Part shown: piece by piece, positions 42,090 through 56,625 of the stretch
Layout of the letters: each line of letters starts with the position of its first letter
How positions within the stretch are numbered: position 1 is the stretch's first letter
Source of the DNA: Octopus vulgaris
Taxonomy: Eukaryota
NCBI GenBank assembly: GCA_951406725.2
Contig: OX597817.1
Location: 117,738,001 to 117,802,000 of the forward strand
Reading direction: 5' to 3'
Length of the DNA stretch: 64,000 nt
Program-made: the position numbers and the translations under genes
Notes under the pieces: generated by a model
What the model saw: only the letters and a program-made list of their open reading frames with translations
Told to the model about the DNA's origin: nothing
Databases searched by the model: none

Positions 42090-43128
42090 TATTACGAGGG
42101 GGGGACCTCCGATTCGAACTGTTACGGAATCCCTCACACACAGGCCCGTTCGATGCAGCGAATAAGCTACGGAAACTCGGAGAGGAGAGGAGAGAGAGAC
42201 ACAACAACAACAACAGCAGCAGCACAGAAAGATACAGAGGCAACCGAAAGAGACACAACGAGGCAAGGCACAACTGGCTTACATTTAACAACTAGTTTAT
42301 GACAATCAATTGTCACAACATCAAAGCATTTAAAGTTGCAGATACAATATAACCGTCCGGTAACAACACAACAAGTTCAATAACAGCAGCAATTAAAGAA
42401 TACACGTCCGAAGACACAGTTCTATTTCAAAACACATCAACAAGTCATATACAGTTCAAGGACATTACAGGCCTAACAGTTCAATGTTCATTATACAATG
42501 TTCGTATCACAACAATTCACGTTACAGTTCAAAGTCCTTAACGACTACATCAGAGTCCTTCTTTTTCTCTCTCTTTCTTCTTTCTCTTTTTTTCTTTTAC
42601 AGTCTCTTTACATCGTAACACGTATGAATACATAATTAAATAGCTTTAGTTCCTACTAGAATAGCCAGTGTCTCATATTGTAGTTCCTCTCCAACAGCCG
42701 CCTATTCCTCTGTATATATCTCTCTCTGTACTGCTAACTCCAACTTGCCAAGCTCCTACATCCCAACCGCTTGCCATGACGACCAAAATCCGACTGTCCG
42801 CCTTGAGGACCGAATACCGACTGTCCCTCTATCACTACCCTCAATCTGTCCCTTAGCCTTATACTCTCTCTATCCCGCCTGGTCCTATGTCCCTATCTTT
42901 ATCGACGCTGTCTCTGTCATTCTCTCACAACAGCTCTCAGATCCCTTAATCTGTCTTCCTCAGCCCTCACATCTCTCTGACCCCTAATCAACCGGCACAA
43001 GGCCAAAGGTCCCTCCAAAAGCCATTACTCTTCCAGTAAACAAAGGGCTGTAAGCTTTTTACTCCAGACTTGCAGGCGCCACTCCCACAAAGTGGGTCAA
43101 GAAATACTGCACTAGCCGAACCATAACA
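42090..43128 (-). mobile_element. Solo LTR, Gypsy-like
   Basis: GTAG|TATTACG...CCATAACA|GTAG gives a 4-bp TSD; inner TGTTACGG at 42120; orientation is tentative. Confidence 0.7.
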
Positions 43129-43864
43129 GTAGCATATTTAACAAGGCCTTCCCACTATCGAGAATACGTGAACGTGTAATATGTCTTTGTGCCTACAGAT
43201 ATTTTATTCCACGCTCTTTAGTACGAATCTATCTACATATCTGTCTATATCTCTTTCTCTTTATCTATCTATCTATCTATCTTTCTATCTATCTATCCAT
43301 CTATCTATATATCCATCTTTCTTTCTTTCTATATATCTTTCTATCTATAAATATATACATAGTACACACATACACATATGTATACACACAGATAGATAGA
43401 TAGGAAGATAGATAGACGCTAATGTGTGAATATGTTTGTGCGTCTGTTTTATTCATATATATGTATGTAGATATATGCATGTTTTTGCGCATGTTTATAT
43501 ATATACTTATAAGTGTGTGTGTGTGTGTGTGTATTCAAACAAATATATAGGCCACACACGCACTGCAATTAACTTTGTTATTTCTATTGATGTCAGAGTT
43601 GTAGTAAGAAAGCTTTCAGAATTCATCAACTCCGAAACTGATCTGTTACAAAATTCCAACTCAGCGTGCTGATTAATGAAGAGAACATGAGAACTTTCCA
43701 CTTAATCTCAATCTCCAGAGCTTAAATGCTTACATACATGTTTCAATGTATTCTAAATTACGCAGTATGATGCATAAACAAAATCTAATAATGAACTCAT
43801 TTTACTTTCCAAACCACTTATTATATCAAAATGTTTGTGTATCTATTTCCAGCTGAGATTATTC

Positions 43865-44003
43865 TTTTCTAATCTAGGCACAACGTCCAAAGTTTGGGGG
43901 TTGAGGACCAGTCGATTCGATCGACCTCAGTACGCAACTGGTACTTAATTTATCGACCCCGAAAGGATGAGGAGCAAAGTCGACCTCGGCGGAATTCAAG
44001 CTG
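43865..44003 (-). mobile_element. SINE fragment
   Basis: Same family as 28358-28758. Confidence 0.8.
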
Positions 44004-45370
44004 AAATAAATATTTTTAAAGTTTTCTAAAAACAGAATAATTACTTATGAAAGTTTTCTCATTATGTTAAGTGAATAATCTTTTGTTGAAGTTAATTAAC
44101 GATATTTATTTAAATGTACAGATATTACACATATTTCTATGTATACTGTTCATATATTAGCTGACCTTGCAAATACATATATCAACTTTCATCAACGAAT
44201 TCTGTAGACTGTGAATTCAGTTATTTCAAATTTTCATTGCCGGAAATTAGCAACTCCGGTGTACTTTATTTGAAATATAAATTTTAAATGATAGAGTCAT
44301 TTCTGGCGAATTAGAGGTTAGAATTTATAGTCAAAATGAAATAGCATTATTTATTTAGTTTGGTAATGCATTGCTTGCCCAACTTAGTATGTTAATTACT
44401 TGATTATTAGAATCCGTTTCGCATACGCGAATAATGTTTCGAGGAAATCTATTATGTTTATTAGACTTTGCTTTATAAAGCACCAAACTATAATCACTAA
44501 ATGCGTTACATTTAATCGTGATATAACCGTTTTTACTGAATCATTAGAATATTTAACATCTTCAGATTAAAAAATAAAATATTTTCAGTATTTATTTTGG
44601 ATAATATTTGAAATGCAATTCGCTATGAAACTAGCTAAATTAGTTTCCTATTGTACATACTTTTGCAGCTAATTTCGTGACCATTTATATCATCCTGTTA
44701 AATAACATTCGAATGTAACAAATCAACGATTAAATCGAGCAACTGAGAAGGCGCTTTTTTTCAACAGCCTCCACGATGCTTGGTTACAAATTATAGAATA
44801 AAATAGAATATTACCTCAAAAATGTCTTTAGATTTTCAACATGAAATCATATGAGTTCGATTTTAACTCAATCAAATATATTTGTTCCATTTTTAACATC
44901 ACACAATGTGTTGATCATTGTTCAATTGTATCAGCAGAAGCGAATTCTCTCTAAGCATGCGGTTGATAGAGTATACTTTCTACCGACGACAAGCAAATAC
45001 ACAAAAACCAAGATTTAGCAATTACACCACCGCTATAGGAAACTTTCCGTGCTTTTTGCTTTTCAGCTATATACAGTATACTAGAAGCTACCTCAATTTT
45101 ACGGCTTTCGATAGTTTATCCATATTATACAAAATTTCTGTTTCTTTAAAAAGGTCTGTAACCATCGACCTGTCCCTAAGGTTAGCGCCCATCTAACTTA
45201 TCATAACACATTATATAATGACACATTAATGCAGAACCCAAACGTTCTGTAATGCTCCGTTCCCAACAACAATGTTTCATCTCAATCGACGCCGAGTCAC
45301 TACTTTCATTTTTCATCTCCTTCTCACCTGCAGGAATTCTTCCGTTGAGGAAAATGTATGACAAGAAATA

Positions 45371-45582
45371 TTTTCTACTCTACGGACAAGGCCCAACATT
45401 CTGGGGGAGGGAGCCAGTCGATTAGATCGACCCCAGTATCCAACTTGTATTTAGTTTATCGACCCCGAAAGTATTAAAAGCAAAGTCGACCCCGATGAAA
45501 TTTGAAATAAGAACGTAAAGACAAACGAAATACCACTAAGCATTTCGCCCGGCGTGCTAACATTTCTGTCAGCTAGCCGTCT
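45371..45582 (-). mobile_element. Near full-length tRNA-derived SINE
   Basis: Same family as 28358-28758; head gacggctagctgacagaaatgttagcacgccgggcg on minus. Confidence 0.85.
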
Positions 45583-47296
45583 TGATGCTTGACAACAAAA
45601 AAAGAACCATCAGTTCCGCTTGGAAATGTGCTGAATTTCTTTTTTTTTTTTTTTTGTTAAGTAGCTGTAACATACTGGTAAACCTGTTTGAATATGTAAA
45701 TTGAGAAGTTTATTATTTTCAAGTATTCTTCCATGTGATATATGTATGTAAGCATACATATATGGCATATACTTAAATGCATACACACTTACATATAAGA
45801 TTACATCTGTAAATACATACACGTGTATGCCCCTATGTCAGAAATTACAAATGTTATATCGTTTTATCTGAAAAGCTATATAATATCAAAATAATTTCCG
45901 ATTCGTTCTAGGTAAGAAAATATTATTAATTTTAGAAGTGTATATACGCAAAATTTTATTTAAATAATCTACATATAATCATATAATTTTATTCCACTAA
46001 AAGTTCTAATTACATCGTATCAATATAAAAAGTGCTCTTCATAACCTCTGCACGATGCTAATCTTACAACTTTTGGTGCTTCATTTATGATATTTATGAG
46101 ATAATACCATGAAATGTGCGGTTCACAATGAATTATTCAGTTATTTTATATATTCTTATTGGCGTCTGGCACCAAGTATTCTATCAGTTTTCATGAAATT
46201 CATGCGAAACTATTTTATGTGAGTCTTCAGATGATACGCATTTTGTACTCTTAGAGAAAACACTAGCCAATGTTACATTTCAGGTTTGTATTTGGAATCT
46301 TCTCTCTTTCGGCACTGGTGATATGAACAAAAACTGACAAAAAATATGACCGTGATAAAATACCGTTTCTTTTTCACTTAAGGCAAGGGTGATTTCTATG
46401 TAAGAAAATATTTATGAGATAATACTATTTCTATCAGTTACATTAATAACATAAATCTGATAAGACTTACACAGGTCTTTATATTTATAACATTTTATGA
46501 TAATATTCCAGGGAATGTTTCATTCATAACTTTGATATAACTCTTCCCATGCGCATATATTGATGCATACATAGAATAATAATGTCATTAAATCTTTTGT
46601 TGATAAACTAAGTGCGGTGAGATTACCCTAGTGGATATATCGATAAACTTTCCGTGAGAATAGTAGCTTATATTTACATAATATTATTATATATTCCCAT
46701 TGACAACAGACTACCACTACTGCCACACATAAATACATACAATCACTATATTTTTCGCAAGTAGTTTATATACCAACAAAATATCAACGCTATTGAATTA
46801 TGCAGCTCCTATAATAAATATGAGGACAGTTTAAAAATACATTTTCCAATATACGTAAGTTGACTGGAAACGGGTTAATGTTTACGGAGAGAAATAAATG
46901 ACACTAGCAATCATAAGTTCATAGGCGTGTGTTGTCTTTGTTAACGATGTTTAATTCTACATTCGTCACTTTAGCTTAATGTTTGCATTCGATAGCATAT
47001 GATACAGAATGTTCAGGGGAATTATTAATGTCATATTGAACATAATAGTCTACACTCCCACAAGTTTGCTGCACAAATCTAATGCTCACAATAGCTTTAA
47101 GATTGCTTATACATCGTGTGAATATTTATTGATGTTGCAAAAAATAAATATGCAAGAAAAAATGCAGACACACGCACATGCATGCATACGGATGTAGTAA
47201 GATTATATACATACATATATGCATACGTATGTATATCCGTATGTATGTATGTATGTATGTATGTATGTACGTGTACGAATGTGCGTATGCATTTAT

Positions 47297-47373
<77 letters not shown>

Positions 47374-48057
47374 GTCTATATATATATACTAATACAGGTA
47401 CATGTGTGTTTTCTTTGTATATATGTAACATATATAATAACATATATATCATATATAACTGTATGTAACAGCATTTTCACTCAGCTTACATGTATGCATG
47501 TATGTATGTATTTGTACATACATTAAGCATCTAATTTTGTAGAAAATCAATTATAACTTTAGGTTATACTGAGAGTTTCATTTCATATGAAAATTTTGGT
47601 ATAAATTAAATGCCCTCTAATAGAAAGATCCTATGAACGAATACGTTATATCTGCGAAGAAGGTATATAACACTGCATTATCTTATAAGATATTTTATAT
47701 TATATTTAATACATAATATGCATCTATTAAAAACATAAATAAAGCTAATCAAATGCATACAAAACATAGCACATAAATAAACAACTCAAAATCCCTGATG
47801 CAAGACCATATTCTAAGAATAATTATATACTATGGAAATAGTAATTTAAATTCGTTTTCAGTAATAACCTAGATGTATGTAAACCAGTGAAGACAATACT
47901 AACAAAGTTCAAATTACATTATATGTATGAATGTGTAAACTTAATGACTACAACGATAATAACCACCTGCAAATACTGCTATTCATACATGCACTTAAAA
48001 TAAGGAGCACTTTCACAGGGCTTCACACGCCGGAATACACTATTCTGATACTGTATT

Positions 48058-49137
48058 AATCAGGCTTTGAAATATTCAAATAACATCACCCTGTTACTCA
48101 CATTTGTGCCCAGCTGTTCAGACAAAAGAAAATCAAGACCCACGATGCTTGGAGAATTTCGCACGCTCCCCAAAACTGGATGTAACTTAGCAGCGCACCT
48201 ACTGCAAAATTGCAATCCAGTTTGCAAAGAATGCCTTTGCCTATCATATGGCCTTTAAGTTTTCCTGCCTCCGGAATAGAGCCTATCATTCTGAGCTCTT
48301 GCCAAAACGATCTCCATCAACCTTATGGATTCCTTTTTACTCCTCTTGTAAACAATTATGGCATCGTAAACATTACCACCGTAAATATCCTCAACGTTCA
48401 CTTCTTGTTTACATCCAGTTTCACACTACAAAATCTTGGTCAATTCTTTTATAATATTTCCGCTTCTAATACGCTTACACACAGAACAGCAATTTCAAAC
48501 AACTATTTCAAACAAACAATACTTCACCAATATACAGCAACATCGCTTTATTTGCAACATGAAAGCTATCAAAATGTTGATGGAAGATTTCAGGCTTCTG
48601 TTGTGTGAAACACTGCAAAGAATAATATATTAAAAAGATACGTGAGGTATATGTATGAAAAACAATTAATATATCAGATTGCAACAAACAAAAATATTTG
48701 TTCTTCCTCCAAAACAGATAAAATCTGCATTGGAGTGACTTCCTACGTAAAGACTGTGAGGATTAACAGCAAATCTAATCCTACGACATGCAACATCAGT
48801 CTGTATCGGATCAAGAAAGAAGCCTACGACACTGCAGAGGATATTCATCGACTCTGTAAATTGTCTTCGTGCGGCTGGTAAAATCTACTAATCCCAATTC
48901 CTGGCAGGTGATTTCGATAGTTATCTCCTGAATGGACATTCTAGAAAGACAAATCTTCCTTGATGGAATAGTAATCATTGCTTCTCGCATTTTCCAATAC
49001 AAATGACACGAAGCTAAGTGTTTTCAATGTATGTTTTAGGGACGTTTTCAGCTTTCCTTGACGTGTGCATTGCATGTCATAGACAGAAATGTCAAGATGA
49101 CCAATACAGGATGACCAGTACAAGATCTGTGCTTCAT
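48058..49137 (-). pseudogene. Possible decayed coding sequence of unknown family
   Basis: Complex, GC-richer island; acceptor-like sites near 49138 and 48613; long near-open frames such as EDIYGGNVYDAIIV..LARAQNDRLYSGG..FCSRCAAKLHPVLGSVRNSPSIVGLDFLLSEQLG. Confidence 0.3.
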
Positions 49138-49855
49138 CTAGATATATTTATTATTTAGAAGCAATGAATCGAAACAATGATGGAAGAGAGTTTGTTTCCA
49201 ATCTAAATCCATTCTTCAGCGTTACGAAAGATTTATCGTCACTAACCATTCATAACTATACAAATGTATACATACAAACACATATATATCTTCATATGTA
49301 CGTGTGTTTGCGTGTGTCTCTGTGCACGTGCCTTGCGCGAGTATGTGTGCTTTTCTGTGTGTTCTTATGTGCTTATACATATATATAAAAATATAGATAA
49401 ATGCTGATAAATAGATACGAAAATGAAAAGAATATATATACGTACGTGTGTGCGCGTATGTGTGTGTATTAGATGGAGAGAGCTGGACGGACTTTATTAA
49501 AGAGATATTAAACAGAAACTACGTAAATGACAAATCAGCGCTTGTTCGCAGAATTGAATATACCTATAATATTTCTGTAGCAACAGGTAAAAGAAAAATA
49601 TATAGAGTGAGAGATTGATATGATCAAAAATATTTGAAACGTAAACGGGATATAATTCATATATAAATAGAGAATCAACGATAAATAGTTGAGGATTATA
49701 TGGAATGTCAGAACCGTGTAAGTAAAGAAGGGATGAAATATATTTCGACGTAAATGTTGAAAATACAGCAATAAATATATGTAGAAAATATTAAACGCAC
49801 ACGCAAGATCTTACATGCGCTAAAACACGTGCAAACACTATATATAATTTATATA

Positions 49856-49908
<53 letters not shown>

Positions 49909-49914
49909 TTTATA

Positions 49915-49986
<72 letters not shown>

Positions 49987-49989
<3 letters not shown>

Positions 49990-51177
49990 GGTATCCCAAA
50001 CGATTATACACACTATAAATAATTTTAAAGTAGGTGTTTATTAAAATATATTTCATTTTCAAAATTTAATAGAATGTACAGACGTTATTTTATTGTTTTG
50101 TCAATGCCCGATTTCATACTGACGTCCGTCCTGTTCCGGGCACTGCTGACAACGCAAAGCAATTAAATCTCAAATATCACGAAACAATATGTTTGGTATT
50201 TGTGTGTATTCTTGTTCAATGTGTGCTCCTGAAATCAGCGACTGTTGCAGGTTTCATAGCATTTTATATCCCCATAAAAAGTTTAGTGGTGCGTGGTCTG
50301 GTGAACGCTGAGGGTATTCAACGAAACCTCTTCGTCCAATCCACCTGTTTGGCAGGATCTCATCTCATAGCGATGGTAGTGTTGGGATGCCCTATCTTGA
50401 AAATAAAACTGCTCATCTTCAAAGCCTCCTTTAATGGTTGGCATGATAGACTGTTGCAGCAGGTTCAAGTAAACGGGACCAGTCACATTAGCATAAAAAA
50501 GAATGGTCCAATTAACCCTCTTGATGGTAAGCCACACCATACTGTAACTCCTGGTAAATTAACATGGTGTTCCACCATAACATGCAGATTCTCAGGTCCC
50601 CAGTAGGTGCAACTGTGGCGGTTAACTGAACCATTTAATTTGAATGTGGCCTCATCAAATCCACACAATCTTTGTTGGAAAGTGTGCATCGTCTAGACAT
50701 CGTGGAAAATACCACTGGCAATATTGCAATCTTTGGTCTACATCATCGTCTTTAATAGCATGGACTAATTTTGGAACGTAACTTTTCCATTGACAACGCT
50801 TCAAAATGCGTTGGACACAGGATTTTGGAATACCTACCGCATGACTCACTTACCGCAAAGATTTTCTTGGACAGACGTTGGTGATTCGTTTCGTGGTCTT
50901 CCGAAATGCTTCTCGTGGACAATCTGAACAGTTCCATCGGCTTCAAACTTATATCTAATACGAGTGATGATGAGTCGCATTGGTAGATCTGTTTGAGACT
51001 CCTCCTTAAGCTGCATTTGCACTTCAACTGCGTTTTTAAACTTCAAGAAACATTTTAGAATGAATTTACTGTGTTCAAAGTTTAGTCTGACAGCCTTCAC
51101 TATTTCCAATGAGTTTCATCTGGAAATAAAAAAACATCAAATGAGTTATCAGCTGCTAAACATGTTTTAGGGACACA

Positions 51178-51180
<3 letters not shown>
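49987..51180 (-). mobile_element. Full-length defective Tc1/mariner, rosa/DD41D-like (DUF4817-type N-terminus)
   Basis: TA-flanked TIRs CAGGGTATCCCAAA and CAGTGTGTCCCTAA; [60 protein letters not shown]. Confidence 0.9.
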
Positions 51181-51214
<34 letters not shown>

Positions 51215-51218
<4 letters not shown>

Positions 51219-51457
51219 TCCAGTTTCAGCTCATGATTTTTTGATTTTGATTTTTCCAGTTTCAGCTCATGAGCTGTGGCCATGCTGGGGCACAGCCATT
51301 TGGTTTGCTACATGAGTTTACCTCACGAATGCTTTTTAGCAACTGCCATTTGGTGCATGAGAGAGTTCGATGCAGCTGCCCTCATCTGCACCTCCTGCCG
51401 TGAAGTTGGTTCATCCGGTACACCTGACAGGAAGAGATCCAGTCCTACTTTAAAGAC
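51215..51457 (-). mobile_element. CR1-like LINE 3' end
   Basis: VFKVGLDLFLSGVPDEPTSRQEVQMRAAASNSLMHQMAVAKKHS*, then tail ggctgtgccccagcatggccacagctcatgagctgaaac. Confidence 0.75.
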
Positions 51458-51469
51458 ATATATATATAA

Positions 51470-51891
51470 TATATTAAATTAGAGATAAAACCACTATTAG
51501 GCAAATCATACAATGAAAAACTTAAGCCAATACATAAGATTATTTAATTTATATTATTTAAATATATAACAAAATTATTTAAAAAATATAATTAATATAA
51601 CACTACGATCGTTTCATTGCTGTTAATGTCTTTAAATTTTCGAGTTACAGTCATTCATCAGGTGGTTTATTTAACTCGCCAAGTTAAATATTTAAACCAC
51701 CTGATGAATGACTGTAACTCGAAAATTTAAAGAAATTAACAGCCATGAAACGATCGTAGTGTTATATTAATTATATTTTTTAAATAATTTTGTTATATTT
51801 TTAAATAATATAAATTAAATAATCTTATGTATTGGCTTAAGTTTTTCATTGTATGATTTGCCTATTAGTGGTTTTATCTCTAATTTAATAT
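51470..51891. mobile_element. Young foldback element, ~200-bp near-perfect arms, HHR in each arm
   Basis: 51470-51668 versus 51693-51891 with few mismatches; bordered by TA-rich tracts. Confidence 0.9.
51698..51763 (+). ncRNA. Type I hammerhead, canonical core (mirror copy at 51599-51664 on minus)
   Basis: CAC CTGATGA ATGACTGT..ACAGCCAT GAAAC GATC GTA GTG; palindromic stem III ACGATCGT. Confidence 0.8.
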
Positions 51892-52002
51892 AATATCATA
51901 TTTTACTATAAAATTTGGATTCAATCCTAAATCTGATATCCCTAATATTTATTATTATATATATATATATGGAGAAAGAGAGAGAGAGAGAGAGAGAGAG
52001 AA

Positions 52003-52065
<63 letters not shown>

Positions 52066-52095
52066 GATAGATAGATAGATTGATAGCTAGATAGA
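52003..52095. repeat. (GATA)n microsatellite
   Basis: Direct reading. Confidence 0.95.
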
Positions 52096-52267
52096 TCTAA
52101 TACATACATGCATACTACATATATATAATTCGCTTAGGAAATACGAGTCCGCTCCGACTTATGATAGAAACAACTGTAAAATAATGAAGCTCATACGATA
52201 AACATTTATACTTTTGTCATCTTACTTCCTTTCACACACATACATGCATGCATACGCACGCACACAG

Positions 52268-52339
<72 letters not shown>

Positions 52340-53740
52340 GGTTAGTATATGATATGGTTTCAGAGAATAGTGTGGTTAACTCAATAAGCTCCTCCTATGA
52401 ACTTGGCTATCATTGCACATATTAATCATTTACAATGTAGTATAATACAGAGTATCCATCTAAGGAAAAATCCAGAAAATACGAGTGATTTCTTTTATGG
52501 TGGGTTTGGGTAATAGTATATAAGAATATATACTCAGCAGATATGAAAGGAGAATATTATTTATTAAAACGAATGAATTGGAATTTCATAATGAGTTGAA
52601 GTTATTGTCGTCTACTTTCAAATAATTTATCAAAGCACGCAAGACTGCACTGAAACTCAGAGTAATGCCATATTTTTCAGCTAAAATTTCTACAACTGTG
52701 CCTCACTATGTCTCATTGCGTGAGTTTGGACATCAAATAGACATACATTTGCATAAGCAGCCAAACAAAAATTCATATATATATACAAATATGAACTCGT
52801 GGTCAAATACGTATGCGATGCCCATACAAACTCAAGTATTTCCTTACACCCAGATGTATACATATTGATCTAAACGAACACGTGTGTGTGCGTTTTAGAC
52901 TTTTGTTTATTTTCGTATGAAAGCAGCGCTATATCTATGTATACATACTTACATAGACGCACATATACATATATATGTGTGTGTGTTTATTATACAGATT
53001 CGCATATAAACACGCAAACAATCACATAACTAATATGTTGCTCCAATAAAAGCAAGATTTTATTAAAAGAAATAGTTCAAAGAAACGGCTGCGATTGTAA
53101 AGATAAAAGACACGAGGGTTATACCTTCATAGAAAATGAAAATGAAGATATGTGAAGGAAAAAGAAGAAAAGACAAGGAGAAGTGGTAGAAGAAAGTCAA
53201 TGAGAGATAGATGATGAACATCGAGTGAGTGAGCTTGAAAAGACTGAATGTATAGGGCGGTGATTTGTGAAATATTTTAGTTTATGAGAAAGGAGAAATG
53301 TTAATATCTATAAATTTATTGCTTACTATACAGTATTATCTGAAGAAAAAAAGGCTAATTGGATAATTTGAATATGAATGCATCTAAATGTTTAATTGAT
53401 TTTTTTCTCTCATATTTCCTTCATTGTCTCTATTATCATTGCTAAGCTAAAGTTCTAAGCTTTATTTTATGTATTTATTCTATTTGTTGTTTAACTTTTG
53501 TTTTTTATCTTCGTCTGATGTTGAAACTTTTGTGTGTTTTATTTTGCGCAAATACAATTTGGGTTAAAAGAAAAAGAAAGGGGAAAACAATGCAAATCGA
53601 CAATATGAAAACACAAAGGTACCTATAAAAATATGAACAAAATCTCCGATAAAACAAGGATGACTATTAGATACGCACTGATACTAATACAAACACATAT
53701 ATACAAATATACATACGCCTATACAAACATACACATACAC

Positions 53741-53771
<31 letters not shown>

Positions 53772-54218
53772 TGTATGTATATATGGAGATATATAGATAC
53801 ATACATAACGACATATTTACACACATATACATATGTAATTTATACACACACACATATATATATACATATATATATACGCAAGAAAACGCGTGCGTGTGTT
53901 TGTACGTGCGTGTATAATATATGTGACATAAGAATATACGAAAATATCAATATATTTTAATGTATTCTTATGTTATATATATTGTAATACATGAAAAATA
54001 TGCGCATATATATATCTATCTATATATATATATCTATATATATCTATATATATATATATATAAACTAGCTATAGACCTACAATTTTAAATATTTCTATTT
54101 ATATGTGGATATATAAATGCACGCGTGTGTTTTTTTAGTGTGTGCGTGATGTTTGCTCGTGTATATGAGTGATAATATTTTGTGCGGATATAAGTACATA
54201 CAAGCGCGTATAGGTATA

Positions 54219-54325
<107 letters not shown>

Positions 54326-54861
54326 TTACGTATGTAGATATATGCTCTGTAATATCTACACATATACAGAGAGTTGTGCGTGGTAGTATTCATAGTGAAG
54401 GAAATTTCTGAGAGATTGAAAACAGGACTTTTGTAAAAGATGACAATATTGCCAACAATAAAATATAAAAAAAGTATCATCGTTGCCATAAATAACATCT
54501 TTCATATCGCATCCTAATCTTTAGGGAAAAAAATTCTATAGATGTTTAGAGAAACAACATTAATCGTTAGCCTTTTGTGTGTTTACTTCTTTATCCTCGC
54601 TCTCTGATATATAGAAGCACACACACGCACATATCCTAAACGCGCATACATATATAATTACATACCACTGTGTATATATATATGTATGTATGTTTCTTTA
54701 AGCATAGCATATGTGTTATATATGTATATGTGAGTGTAATATTTATGCATAATATATATATATATATATACATACATACATACATACATAAATATATATA
54801 TATATTTATGTATGTATATGTATGTATATATTTATGTATATGTGTATGTATATATATACAT

Positions 54862-54894
<33 letters not shown>

Positions 54895-55401
54895 GCTCGC
54901 ATTTATATATTTTATCGATTTTATCGTCAATTAGTACAATGAACACGGCAAAACATCCTTGATTATTCATTTATTTTTACAGACTACGCCAAGTTAATTA
55001 ATATAAATACTTATATTAAGTATATATTAAAGCCTGTAACAGTTCCTTACATCCTACTGATGATCTGGGTATGTAACGTTTCGAATTGAATTTAAATTAA
55101 TTAATTACGTATCTGATGTAATAATTTAATGAGTAATAATTTAAAGATTTCGACTGAAACCTTTGTTGAATGCAATTAAATCGTGAATTTTCAATCTTTT
55201 TCATAAAGTCTAAACTTGTTAGTCTACTGGACCATTTTTAGTCGATAATCTGTATGATTATTCAGGGTATATGTGGCAAGGATGGGGTTATTCATGGAGG
55301 TAAAGTAATTTATCCGTATCATACGAACATAATCTTGCGTATTCTTTGAAATTGTATTCCAATTCAGAATTCATGAAGAAGACATATTTATACACGCTGA
55401 T

Positions 55402-55439
<38 letters not shown>

Positions 55440-55674
55440 TTCACGTTGCTCCAGTTCACTCAGCTGTAGAAATGAGTTGCGACGTCACAGGTGCCAAGCT
55501 GTATCGACCTTTGTCTTTCCCTTGGATAACACTGGTGGCGTGGAGAGGGGAGGCTGGTATGCATGGGCGACTGCTGGTCTTCCATAAACAACCTTGCCCC
55601 GACTTGTGTCTAGGAGAGTTACTTTCTAGGTGCAATCCCATGGTCATTCATGACCGAAGGGGGTCTTTACCCTT

Positions 55675-55675
<1 letters not shown>
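55440..55675 (+). mobile_element. SINE body and 3' end, head missing
   Basis: GC-rich island in (TA)n with ccagttcactcagctgtagaaatgag, similar to conserved SINE central domains. Confidence 0.6.
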
Positions 55676-55740
<65 letters not shown>

Positions 55741-55911
55741 CGGGAGTAGTTGGCCCTCCATTTTTTCACACTTTGGGCATTCTATTTCGTAGGGTATCCG
55801 AAAACTATTGAGCGTAATGATAATGTAATTTACAAACATAATCTTTATCGTATTATGTTTATATATTTGTTGTGCAAGATTTTTTATGTGAAGTCATGTG
55901 TTGAAACAGAT

Positions 55912-56625
55912 ATTGTTATATTTCGGAATGGTAATTTTGCCAGTTTAGCCAATAAAAACACACGCACTATATATTTGGTGTTATTTTGCTTCAGTGTTAT
56001 TTATTTTTTACATTAATCTTAATCTTATTTAGGCCAGAGTTCTTTCGTCACACTCCTGTGACCGCATCAGTGGTCCTTTGTCTTCTTCTTTCTTAATTGT
56101 GTCTCTCCTTACTAACTGTCAGCCACTTTGTATTTCTATTGTATATCTTCATTTGCGCATGCTTATATCTCTATGTGCGTCTATGTTTAGTTAGTGTGTG
56201 TGTGGGGGGGATGCCTGTAATATTTGTATCTTCTGTTTATATAAGTTCGTGTAATTTATTTTTGTTGTTGTTTTTGTTTATTCTTATTTTGTTCATGTGT
56301 TTACATCCACTTATTATTATCATTACGTATGCTTGTATGTATGTATAACAACAATACTGGTAATAATAATTATAATAATAAATCAAAAAATTCTTTTAAG
56401 TTAAACAAAAAAACTTATATAGTTATTTATTTCTATTTGTTTATATATCTGTGCATTTTATTTATTAGGTTTTCGGTTTTGTTTATATTGTAACCAGTTT
56501 ATGGGGATCCTCTACCGTCATATGTTGTGCTGGGTGCTAGTGTTCCAGTTTATTATTCAGGTTAGGTTCATCTTCTATTATGTGTGTAGCTTCTGTAATT
56601 TGTAATGACCATTCCGAAATATAAC
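55912..56625 (-). mobile_element. Penelope-like terminal repeat with HHR variant and short inverted end
   Basis: HHR at 56031-56076; aatgaccattccgaaatataac (~56604-56625) is an inverted copy of gttatatttcggaatggtaatt (~55915-55936). Confidence 0.7.
56031..56076 (-). ncRNA. Hammerhead-like motif with CUGAUGCG core
   Basis: GGACCA CTGATGCG GTCACA GGAG TGTGAC GAAAG AA CTC TGGCCT. Confidence 0.65.
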
